Below, piece by piece: positions 46,175 to 54,753 of a stretch of 64,000 nucleotides of DNA. Location of the stretch: contig JAVJNR010000004.1 of the NCBI GenBank assembly GCA_040217195.1, forward strand, positions 768,001-832,000, read 5' to 3'. How positions within the stretch are numbered: position 1 is the first letter of the stretch; every line of letters begins with the position of its first letter. The notes under the pieces were generated by a model. It had not been told where the DNA came from, made no database searches, and saw only the letters and a list, made by a program, of their open reading frames with translations. Source of the DNA: Leptospiraceae bacterium. Lineage in GTDB: Bacteria; Spirochaetota; Leptospiria; Leptospirales; Leptonemataceae. A program made the position numbers and the translations under genes.

Positions 46175-47532
46175 CTCATAGCACCCCGAACATGATCTAC
46201 AATAGCCGATGAATCATAGAGTTCAATGGGACGATTCCCCGCGAACTCAATGGCTGCCGGTGCAATCTCTCCTACAGTCATGAGAACCCCTCTCTGAGCT
46301 CCCCGTTCTTTCATCTGCTCATGGAATTCCCGGACCTGTTTTTCCGTTACTGTATTTAAATCCCGCTGTAAATAGAATAGAGCGTAGAAGCGACGATTCG
46401 CACGTTTCATGGCATCCGTTTCTGACAGAAGGGCCGTAATGGAAGTATCCCGACTCATACTTAGCTGATTTATGGAGAAGCCCATATTTTCGATAAGCTT
46501 CCTGGTTACAGACTCGAACTGGGCACCGGAGGCGATCATGAAGTCCTTAATAGAATCGTCTGTACGAAAGTCCGAGTATTGCTTCAACTTCTGCGAAACA
46601 TCACGATAGTCTGGCTTAATGGAGTTAAGTTTTTCCCAGTGCTCTATGGCAGTATGCATATCCCGGTTTAACTCTGCAGCAGCCGCGGCCATGTAATGAA
46701 GCTGGAGAAACATATCTGAGTTTTTCTCAACCAGTTTAAGAGCTTTCTGAAATTCCGCCACGGCCTGAATGTAGGATTTTTGATCCATCATGACCAATCC
46801 CCTGGTCAGAATGACTCGCGGTTTAAGATCGTCATCTTTAATGGCTCGATCCAGAGCCTTTAGAGCACCCTCTCCATCCTGCAGGAATCGTAATGCTAGA
46901 CCAAGATAGTAATGCGCATGGGCATCGGAAGGGGCAAGCTGAGTGGCAGTTTGCAATGCATTTCTGGCTTCATGATAATTGTTCATCTGAAAATGAGCCT
47001 GGCCCAGAGCTGACCAGGAATCCGCATGGGCCGGATTCAATCGCGTGGCCTGCGTCAAAAACTTGATAGCCTTGGGTTGCAATCCGCCCCGCTGGAACAG
47101 CCTGCCTACCTCATAGTAGTTCTCATAGTTATCGGGTTGTACCTGCGTTAAAATCAGGTACTCATTTTTAGCTTCTGTATAATTGCCGATGGAGAGTTGA
47201 CAGTCGGCCAGTCTCTTTCGCACTTCCGGCTCAGGTGTTTCTGGGCTGAATTTTGCAATCTTGATGCATCTTCTGTAATTCAGGATGGCATTACTGTAAT
47301 CGCCGGTCTTTTGATGGCAAAGTCCCAGAAGATAGACGGCCTTCATGTTACGGTCATCTTTTTCCAGAATTCGATTCAACAGTACTATGGCATCTTTGTA
47401 CTTACCACGGCTGATCAGATTTTCGATTTCCTCGATCTTCTTGGGTCCTGCAAGGGACACTACAAAGTAGTAGGCTCCAACGAAGATAAATAGAGCCAGG
47501 GCACCCAGGATTATATAGGATGTTAAGGTCAC
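46171..47532 (-). CDS. Membrane-anchored TPR protein with C-terminal Mrr-like (restriction endonuclease fold) domain
   Basis: N-terminal TM, many TPRs and C-terminal QFE......L.E.MGF...V.E..VREF......RG.LMT.G....A.EFA....IEL.D; 4-bp overlap with the SpoIIE gene. Confidence 0.85.
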   Translation of the reverse strand: MTLTSYIILGALALFIFVGAYYFVVSLAGPKKIEEIENLISRGKYKDAIVLLNRILEKDDRNMKAVYLLGLCHQKTGDYSNAILNYRRCIKIAKFSPETPEPEVRKRLADCQLSIGNYTEAKNEYLILTQVQPDNYENYYEVGRLFQRGGLQPKAIKFLTQATRLNPAHADSWSALGQAHFQMNNYHEARNALQTATQLAPSDAHAHYYLGLALRFLQDGEGALKALDRAIKDDDLKPRVILTRGLVMMDQKSYIQAVAEFQKALKLVEKNSDMFLQLHYMAAAAAELNRDMHTAIEHWEKLNSIKPDYRDVSQKLKQYSDFRTDDSIKDFMIASGAQFESVTRKLIENMGFSINQLSMSRDTSITALLSETDAMKRANRRFYALFYLQRDLNTVTEKQVREFHEQMKERGAQRGVLMTVGEIAPAAIEFAGNRPIELYDSSAIVDHVRGAMS

Positions 47533-47702
47533 GCTATAGCTAAGGGACGGAAAATTGCATGGTCTTGCAACTAGTTTTAAGAGACCCTGGATTTCCAGTG
47601 TGCTGACTTAAAGCGCCGCCAGGAGATGAGCCCGGGTCTGCGGTTGGAACAGGAAAAATCCTTGAATGGGCAGAGGGTCCGGAAAATTTGACTCATCCGA
47701 TT

Positions 47703-47775
47703 GGGGGCGTAGCTCAGTTGGGAGAGCGTTAGAATGGCATTCTAAAGGTCAGGGGTTCGATCCCCCTCGTCTCCA
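47703..47775 (+). tRNA. tRNA-Ala(GGC)
   Basis: Acceptor stem GGGGGCG/CGTCTCC with G3:U70, D arm TAGCTCAGTTGGGAGAGC, anticodon arm TTAGA-ATGGCAT-TCTAA (A32-U38) and T loop GGTTCGATCC; CCA not encoded. Confidence 0.97.
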
Positions 47776-47849
47776 CATCCCATGCTGGACATTTTTCCTT
47801 CCCGGTGTTTTATTGGCCTGACAGGCCCCATCGGGACCGGAGAAAAACA

Positions 47850-48410
47850 ATGGCAGTTCGAAAAATCCTTAGAATCGGTCACCCCTTGCTCAGACAGCGA
47901 TCCGAGGAAGTACCGGTCACCGAGATCCGATCATCAGAAATTAAAAAACTAATTCGCGATATGTACGATTCCATGGAGTCGGCAGAGGGTATAGGCCTGG
48001 CCGCCCCGCAAATTGGAGTTCTTAAAAGGGTTGTGGTGGTCGGTTTTTACAGAACCGATCGATACCCGGAACTGCAGGATGGAATTGAACGGCGAATTCT
48101 AATAAACCCGGAAATTGAAATCCTGGAATCTCCCAGTGTTGGCTTCTGGGAAGGATGCCTCTCAGTGCCCGATATGCGAGGTTACGTTGAACGTAAGCGC
48201 AAGATTCGGTTGAAGTTCTACGATGAAAAAGAAGAGTTCCATGATGAAGTGATCGAAGGTTTCGATGCAGTGGTTTATCAGCATGAATGTGATCACCTGG
48301 ATGGAATCCTCTATGTGGACCGACTCAAGGATCCGGGACTGTTTGGCTACAACGATGAGCTCGACATGGCCGATAAAAGCGCCGGAAAAGAGCCCGCTCA
48401 AGTAGTATAG
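47850..48410 (+). CDS. def: Peptide deformylase
   Basis: [15 protein letters not shown] and QHECDHL. Confidence 0.97.
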   Translation: MAVRKILRIGHPLLRQRSEEVPVTEIRSSEIKKLIRDMYDSMESAEGIGLAAPQIGVLKRVVVVGFYRTDRYPELQDGIERRILINPEIEILESPSVGFWEGCLSVPDMRGYVERKRKIRLKFYDEKEEFHDEVIEGFDAVVYQHECDHLDGILYVDRLKDPGLFGYNDELDMADKSAGKEPAQVV

Positions 48411-48550
48411 GGTTTTCTTTTATCATTTCTGCTACGCTTAGTTGCCAGTCCCAATGACCAGACTGCCGGGAGAAACAGGCCCCAAAACCGGAGCCTGTTC
48501 GCTGCCAATTGCGCACTTGACAGTTTCCTGGATTGGCTCAATCTATTGAC

Positions 48551-48892
48551 ATGAACATGAAGAGAACCCTTCCGGCTGTTCTACTGTCGGGAATAATTCT
48601 GGGCGCCGGTATCGTATGTACTCCACTACAGGCTGATGCTATAGGCAAGGATTGCACTTTCAAAGGAACTCCGCTGAAAGGTAAGGTAAAAGTTGTAGAT
48701 AGCTTTCCGGATTTCAAGGTCAAGGTCGTGGAATCCTTCCCGGACTTGAAGGTTAAGACTGTGGATAGTTTTCCAGACGATTGCGGAGAATGGAAGTTTG
48801 TGGATTCCTTCCCTGATTTTACCGTCAAATTCGTAGAATCCTTTCCGGACTTTGAGATAAAAATGGTAACCTCATTTCCAGGATTGCCCTGA
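48551..48892 (+). CDS. Exported short-repeat protein (DUF6150/septoil-knot-like)
   Basis: Signal peptide, two Cys and six roughly 11-aa repeats of xxV(D/E/T)SFP(D/G). Confidence 0.8.
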   Translation: MNMKRTLPAVLLSGIILGAGIVCTPLQADAIGKDCTFKGTPLKGKVKVVDSFPDFKVKVVESFPDLKVKTVDSFPDDCGEWKFVDSFPDFTVKFVESFPDFEIKMVTSFPGLP

Positions 48893-48953
48893 TATAAATC
48901 CAAAGGTAGCGAGATCATTCCCGGAAACAGTCCATTCAGGGCTGTAAAAGCGC

Positions 48954-48984
48954 AAACCGGAAGCTGCTGCTAAGCTTCCGGTTT
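48954..48984. terminator. Hairpin between convergent genes (probable bidirectional terminator)
   Basis: Perfect 12-bp stem AAACCGGAAGCT-7nt-AGCTTCCGGTTT. Confidence 0.8.
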
Positions 48985-49014
48985 AAATGTTACTCTATTT
49001 CTTTGCCCTGGCCG

Positions 49015-50100
49015 TCAGCATGCAGGCACCGTTATCGGATAAAGTACATAGTGCTCGCTGTTTTCGATATCATCCGATTCGCCGTCTGGACGAAGTAGAT
49101 TAATAATCACCCATAGACCCGAATTCTTCTTTTCCAGGTAAATATGGCTGGGTCTTCCACCATCCAGCTGGATTTCCACCACGGCACGATCCCCCTGTTT
49201 TTCCAGGACCCGAACGTTGTAATGACAGTCCCGACCGCCCCGTCCTTCGCGAATCTGGCTTCGAATCTTTTTCTCCAGACCGCGAGCCAGTTCCACTCGA
49301 CGATCCAGAAGCATACGATGAGCTCGGCTATCCCTGGCCACACCCTTTCGTTCCATTATTCTTTCCATGCTGTTGTCAATGACTGCCTGGGTATCCATAA
49401 ATCTCATGAACTCGTCATCATCACCAGCGCAGGCTGCTTCCTGAATTCTACGTGCTGTTTCCAGCGGACTTTCTGGATCTGCGCCCCAGGTGGGTCCGGC
49501 CACGTCTTCGCCCAGGGAAGTTCTGGATGGATTAGAATCGGAACCCTTGCCGGCACTTGCGGTGCGGGGTGTATTCTTTTTCGCAGAGCGACCTGTTTCC
49601 AGAGAAACCACAGTCCATCTGCCATCGCTTTTTTCCAGAAGTACAAATCGATCTTCCCTGGTAGGTAGGCGGCTAATGACTCGAGCTCGATTTCCATCCT
49701 GGCTTTCCAGTACAGCCTGAGCTTTGCAGTTCACCGAGTAATCCTCTGTAGCGATGGAATTCCTGAGCTCCCTTTTGATTTGAGAAATAAAGAAACGGAT
49801 GCGTCTTTCCTTTTCCCGGGTGGACAGATGATTCTTGTCGGCCACCTCTGCAGCAGCAATCTCCTGGAAGGCTCGATCCAGATCCACAACATTGTCAAAA
49901 GCCTGAAAATCGCCGGCGCAGAGTGCCTCATGCATGGCTCTGACTGCTTCTTCGGGAGTCTGACTACCGTTCCCGGAAGCATTTCTAGGCTCACTGCGAA
50001 CCTTGCCTGTGTCAGCCACCGGTGCCGATTGTAGGCCGCCCTGAGCGAAAAATAGTGCCAGCAGGCCAATTACGAATAGTTGGAATCCTCGCATAATCAT
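49015..50100 (-). CDS. Exported protein with two NTF2/DUF4878-like domains
   Basis: Signal peptide and an internal duplication (P.E......EA.CAGD...F...D ... C ... A.V ... LEK..G.W). Confidence 0.75.
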   Translation of the reverse strand: MIMRGFQLFVIGLLALFFAQGGLQSAPVADTGKVRSEPRNASGNGSQTPEEAVRAMHEALCAGDFQAFDNVVDLDRAFQEIAAAEVADKNHLSTREKERRIRFFISQIKRELRNSIATEDYSVNCKAQAVLESQDGNRARVISRLPTREDRFVLLEKSDGRWTVVSLETGRSAKKNTPRTASAGKGSDSNPSRTSLGEDVAGPTWGADPESPLETARRIQEAACAGDDDEFMRFMDTQAVIDNSMERIMERKGVARDSRAHRMLLDRRVELARGLEKKIRSQIREGRGGRDCHYNVRVLEKQGDRAVVEIQLDGGRPSHIYLEKKNSGLWVIINLLRPDGESDDIENSEHYVLYPITVPAC

Positions 50101-50324
50101 CTCCCGGAGCCAGAATCATTATGCATTCCGGGGGTACGTCAATAAGAATCACTGGAATTCAAGATTGCCCGGGATAAATACAGTTGTCTGAATCCTTATG
50201 CGATTAGACGAAAAATGGAGGAATCCGGTTCTAAATACTACAGTACAGAAAAGGCTGATCTGAATGAGCACGGAACGAAAGTAAGGTTCAAAGCATCTGA
50301 CTGGATTATGTCTCTAAAGGCAGG

Positions 50325-50357
50325 AAAAGAAAAGCCGGAATGACTGGCATTCCGACT
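50325..50357 (-). terminator. Rho-independent terminator
   Basis: Minus strand AGTCGGAATG-CCAGT-CATTCCGGCT then TTTCTTTT, just after the stop at 50365. Confidence 0.8.
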
Positions 50358-50364
50358 GATTCAA

Positions 50365-50844
50365 TTATTGATTACGAATTTGCTCTGCGATCTCGTCGAA
50401 GAATACAACTCTCCACTGACCGTCTTCGCCCTTATTCAGTTCTACAGTCTGTGTTTTTCCATCACCAGCAGTCTTGATGCTTACCTTGGCAACGTCTCCT
50501 TCCTCGGAAACCAGTTCCACAGCGGAATCACAGTCTGGTCCGTCTTTGCTGTTGGTGAAAGTAGTTCGCATTTCCGCCTCGAACTGTTCTTTCATCTGAG
50601 GTTTTCTCTGTTCCAGCATTTGCTTCGCAGCAGGATTGTTGGCGAATGCAGGATTTTCCATCATCAGCTCGAACATACGATCAATGAATTTCCCGGTATC
50701 GATATACTTCATACCTTCTTCAGCATTTCCGCTGCATGCAGCCTCTTGTAGAGATTCAACGGCAGCAACGGGCCCGGAAGAGCCAGAGCATGATGCCATA
50801 AATGCGATAAAAAACATCGCAAATACCATAGTGATTTTCTTCAT
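50365..50844 (-). CDS. Lipoprotein with one NTF2/DUF4878-like domain
   Basis: MKK...FMAS-C lipobox and SD AAAGGAG; paralogous to both domains of the downstream gene. Confidence 0.8.
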   Translation of the reverse strand: MKKITMVFAMFFIAFMASCSGSSGPVAAVESLQEAACSGNAEEGMKYIDTGKFIDRMFELMMENPAFANNPAAKQMLEQRKPQMKEQFEAEMRTTFTNSKDGPDCDSAVELVSEEGDVAKVSIKTAGDGKTQTVELNKGEDGQWRVVFFDEIAEQIRNQ

Positions 50845-51039
50845 TTAATTCTCCTTTCAGGGTAATCCTGAAAAATTGCAATTGGCGTAAACGTTGCTCG
50901 ATCGGTGCGAATTAGTCAATAACATTCAAAAAGGAAAGTCAGCAGGTTTTGCCGAATCATGAAAACTATTCGTCTTTGAAGATTTCCTCCATTACTATAA
51001 ACCTGGTTCAACTCAATTCCACGCAAAGATAACGCTCGC

Positions 51040-53208
51040 ATGCAAGATCGCTTCATAGCACCAATCGCTCTCATTTCTGTTCTTTACCTGCTTCTAATTC
51101 CGGCAAAGATAGCAGGCAACCCCCTGGGCCCGATAGAAACGCCCCATGGAGTGGCCTATCTGCACCTGGAAAATGCAGGCAAGGATTCCCGGACTACGGT
51201 AGATCATGGATTTCGAGCCATTCTAGAAATTCAACTGGAGGAAGGCTGGCACACCTACTGGAAGAATCCAGGTGATTCCGGCAGCCCGCTACAGCACTCC
51301 TGGAATTTACCGATGGGATGGAGCCAGCCTTACCTGCTCTGGCCCGGTCCAGAGCGCATCCCCTCGGATCCGTTGATGACCTATGGCTACGAGGGCCGGG
51401 TGCTTATTCCCTTCCTGTTTGATCAAAAGGCAGGCCCCGGTTTCTTCAGTGTCAATATGGAGTGGCTGGAATGTGCTGAAATCTGCATTCCAGCCCGGGT
51501 TCAGTTTAAGGGCAGACTACAACCCACCCTTTCGATTCAGGGAAGCGATATCTGGATGGAGACGATGGAGGGAATTCCTGGACCTTTGCCCTATGATCTT
51601 GAAGTAAAAACCGACGGTACCCTTCTGGAGCTCAGGCCACTGGATCCTGGGGCAACCGATGTGTGGGAAAATGCAGAAAATCTGTACATCTTTTTGGAGG
51701 ATCCGCTGCTGGTGAATCATGCAGGCCAGCAGCAGCTCACTGGAAATCGATTGCTGGTGCCCCTGCAACCTGGTGCCAATCCAGAAAACATTCAGGGGCT
51801 GCTCAGGATAAACGATAGTACCTATTCTTTTGTGGCCACAGTAACCGAAGTGCCCTCAATTGCCGAATCTGATATTGGTACTGACATGCTATTGGAATTA
51901 TTCGTATATTCAAGTCTTGCATTTCTGGGAGGGCTAATCCTGAATCTAATGCCCTGTGTTTTGCCTGTACTTTCCTTAAAAGTATTTCATCTAATGAATC
52001 TTTCAGGCGAGAGTCGCAAGAGACTATTTCTTTACACCGGCACTTATTCGCTTGGAGTTGTGGTCTCCTTCCTTGTTCTATCCGGTATACTGATCGCCTT
52101 ACGGGCCGCCGGGGAACAACTGGGATGGGGCTTCCATCTTCAGTCCAGCGGATTCATAATCTTCATGATCCTGTTTCTATCTCTATTCGCATTCAATCTG
52201 CTGGGTGTGTTCGAGATCGGACTATCTTTGACTTCCGTTGCAGGTCCGGATATGAGTCGCAATCATGGGCATCGAGCACTGGGATCTGCGTTTCTCAGTG
52301 GTGTTCTGGCCACAGTAGTGGCATCTCCCTGCACGGCACCGTTTATGGGCACTGCCATTGGATTCGCACTTTCACAAAGCGCACTTGTAACACTGATTGT
52401 ATTTTTCTTTCTGGGTCTGGGACTGGCCTCTCCTTTTCTACTGGCCGGAGTGTTTCCGGCGGTCCTAAAAATATTTCCCCGTCCCGGTGCCTGGATGGTG
52501 CGATTCAAGCAACTGCTGGCCTTTCCATTACTGGCCACCGTCGCCTGGCTTTTATGGGTCCTGGGTAATCAAACCTCGGTGAATGGTATGACCCTGGCCC
52601 TCTTCTCAGTAATCTTTCTTGGTCTGGCCGCCTATCTTTATGGAAGTTTCCTGCAGCCTTTTTCCGGTAAAGTTTCCAGTTACGTAGCGGCCATATTTAT
52701 GGCCTTCTTTCTGATGGGCGCTGCCGGTTCTGCACTTTTTTCAGCCACCATGGAGTCCAAAACAGCAAGGATACCATCCATAGATACAAGCGCGGAACTT
52801 CCAGAATACACACCAGGCGAATGGCTAACGTTTAGTCCTGCACTGGTGCAACGATTTCGAAAGGCCAACGTTCCTGTTTTTATTGATTTTACTGCTGACT
52901 GGTGTCTGAGCTGCCAGGTAAACAAACGAACCGTACTGCACACAGACGAGATTCAAAGGCTATTCAAAGATACTCAAACCGCAACCATCCAGGCGGATTG
53001 GACCAATGAGGATCCAGTGATTTCCCGGGAACTGGAGAAGCTGGGCAGGAATGGAGTTCCGGTCTATGCGCTCTATATCCCGGGCGAAGAAGAGCCAATA
53101 CTTTTACCGGAAATACTCACTAAAGGAATTATGCAGGATGCATTCGCTCCCCTTCAAGGTGGAGATTCACAAAGGGCTTCGGAGCGAATGGATTCTTCCA
53201 ACAACTAA
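51040..53208 (+). CDS. dsbD: Protein-disulfide reductase, DsbD family
   Basis: GWHTYWKNPGDSG, CAEIC, LNLMPCVLPVL, ASPCTAPF and C-terminal thioredoxin FTADWCLSC. Confidence 0.92.
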   Translation: MQDRFIAPIALISVLYLLLIPAKIAGNPLGPIETPHGVAYLHLENAGKDSRTTVDHGFRAILEIQLEEGWHTYWKNPGDSGSPLQHSWNLPMGWSQPYLLWPGPERIPSDPLMTYGYEGRVLIPFLFDQKAGPGFFSVNMEWLECAEICIPARVQFKGRLQPTLSIQGSDIWMETMEGIPGPLPYDLEVKTDGTLLELRPLDPGATDVWENAENLYIFLEDPLLVNHAGQQQLTGNRLLVPLQPGANPENIQGLLRINDSTYSFVATVTEVPSIAESDIGTDMLLELFVYSSLAFLGGLILNLMPCVLPVLSLKVFHLMNLSGESRKRLFLYTGTYSLGVVVSFLVLSGILIALRAAGEQLGWGFHLQSSGFIIFMILFLSLFAFNLLGVFEIGLSLTSVAGPDMSRNHGHRALGSAFLSGVLATVVASPCTAPFMGTAIGFALSQSALVTLIVFFFLGLGLASPFLLAGVFPAVLKIFPRPGAWMVRFKQLLAFPLLATVAWLLWVLGNQTSVNGMTLALFSVIFLGLAAYLYGSFLQPFSGKVSSYVAAIFMAFFLMGAAGSALFSATMESKTARIPSIDTSAELPEYTPGEWLTFSPALVQRFRKANVPVFIDFTADWCLSCQVNKRTVLHTDEIQRLFKDTQTATIQADWTNEDPVISRELEKLGRNGVPVYALYIPGEEEPILLPEILTKGIMQDAFAPLQGGDSQRASERMDSSNN

Positions 53209-53223
53209 TCAGGAGAATTGTAC

Positions 53224-53832
53224 ATGGCATTTAGAACCTTAACACTGGCGCTGGTATTTCTTGCTTACTGCGGATCTGACTCCGGTATGCAAGAAGCTGT
53301 TCCTGGAAGCCAGGCGCCCTCTTTCACACTGGCAGACTTTCAGGGCAAGGAGCATAGACTGAGTGATTATTCCGGAAAATATGTGGTGCTGGAATGGGTT
53401 AATTTTGATTGCCCTTACGTCAGAAAGCACTATGAGTCCGGCAACATGCAATCTTTACAGAAGCAATACACGAAGAATGGGGTTATTTGGCTGGCTATAA
53501 ACTCCAGCGCCACCGGAAAGCAAGGTAACTTTAGCACCCAGGAGATACAAAGCCGCATCGAAGAATATGATGCTTCCTTTGATTCGTATCTGCTGGATGA
53601 AGATGGGCAGGTAGGCCGTCAGTACGGAGCAAGAACCACTCCGCATATGTACATCATTGATCCAGAAGGCACTTTGATTTACGCAGGTGCAATCGATGAT
53701 AGACCGACTGCGAATCTTAAAGATATTGAAGGGGCCACTAACTATGTAAGTCAGTCCCTGGATGCAGCCATGAATGGTCAGCCGGTTCCAGTTAGTCGCA
53801 CTCGAGCCTATGGCTGCTCCGTAAAATATTGA
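53224..53832 (+). CDS. Thioredoxin/redoxin (AhpC/TSA-like) lipoprotein
   Basis: APSFTL.D..G..H.LSDY.GKYVVLEW.N..CPYV, YGARTTPH, Y.GAIDD and GCSVKY; start 53218 or 53224. Confidence 0.9.
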   Translation: MAFRTLTLALVFLAYCGSDSGMQEAVPGSQAPSFTLADFQGKEHRLSDYSGKYVVLEWVNFDCPYVRKHYESGNMQSLQKQYTKNGVIWLAINSSATGKQGNFSTQEIQSRIEEYDASFDSYLLDEDGQVGRQYGARTTPHMYIIDPEGTLIYAGAIDDRPTANLKDIEGATNYVSQSLDAAMNGQPVPVSRTRAYGCSVKY

Positions 53833-54022
53833 AACCTCTGTGGGGCCCGTTAAAACCGGAATTAGATTCGGTGCCCGGCCCTGCTATTCCAGAGCGCTAC
53901 TGCGAAGCTCATTTTTCTCCCTTGAGTTGCCAGGTGGCAGAATCAATGAAGCTAAACGGGATCAGAGACTCAACCAGGCATGTCTACCCGAAGAATAGGA
54001 TTTCCTTGCCGTTGAAACAAAT

Positions 54023-54748
54023 ATGACATTTTCTGTCGGCATGGATGCGGTGGACGGACAGAAGAGTTATTTCCCTGTTTTTCTGGATCTGCAGAATTCC
54101 CGCGTAGCCTGTCTGGGAGAAGGGCCGGAAATCGAAAACAGGATCCAGAGACTGCTGGGCTGCGGTGCCACGGTTTTTCATGCCACGCTATCACAGGATG
54201 GCTCCACCAGAATGGAAAGGCATGATCCCGGACCTCCTCCGGAAGCATCCGGTCAGAATCCGGATTTTCGCAATCTATACTGGATTCGCGAGATGCGTCT
54301 GGTTGTCGTGGAACCTGGATACCTGGTGAATCAGCAACACTGGAGCGGCGATGAGCTACTGGAAGCCTGTAATCGAAATAATACACTTCTTTGCGTTCTG
54401 GATCGAAAGAAATACTGCAACTATATCTCACCCGCTGTATTATCCAGGCCACCCTTTCAAGTTGCCATCACTTCTTCCGGTGTAAGTCCATCCCTGTCTG
54501 TCTACATGAAGGAGAGAATCAAAGAAGACTTATTAACGGAGGAAATGGCACAGCTGGCCTATTTCTTTAAAAAATACAGGCCTCTGGTGAGCGAGCAAAT
54601 CCATGCTCTGGTGGATCGTCGAAAATTCTATATATCGCTACTACAGAGTGACCTTGCTTCGCACCTGGCAGAGTCAGAAGAACGTGGACTGGAGCGAATG
54701 AAGGCTCTTCTACAAGATTATGTGGCCACCAATGCGCGTAAATCCTGA
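54023..54748 (+). CDS. Precorrin-2 dehydrogenase / sirohydrochlorin ferrochelatase (CysG N-terminal/SirC-like)
   Basis: YFPVFLDL, LCVLD....CNYISPAV and VAITSSG.SP.LS. Confidence 0.8.
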   Translation: MTFSVGMDAVDGQKSYFPVFLDLQNSRVACLGEGPEIENRIQRLLGCGATVFHATLSQDGSTRMERHDPGPPPEASGQNPDFRNLYWIREMRLVVVEPGYLVNQQHWSGDELLEACNRNNTLLCVLDRKKYCNYISPAVLSRPPFQVAITSSGVSPSLSVYMKERIKEDLLTEEMAQLAYFFKKYRPLVSEQIHALVDRRKFYISLLQSDLASHLAESEERGLERMKALLQDYVATNARKS

Positions 54749-54753
54749 GTCTG

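Noticed and set aside
46171..47532. Type IV restriction or anti-phage system
   Set aside because: The Mrr-like catalytic motif is not evident and the context is signalling and housekeeping, with no defence-island genes.
47703..47850. tRNA-Ala as an integration site of an island
   Set aside because: I saw no integrase or duplicated tRNA 3' end, and the housekeeping gene def follows directly.
48538..48918. 126-aa antisense ORF with KSGK repeats
   Set aside because: It mirrors the repetitive sense gene, which has the signal peptide and promoter.
53833..54022. Cobalamin riboswitch upstream of the sirC-like gene
   Set aside because: No B12-box or AGGGAA core motif could be identified.
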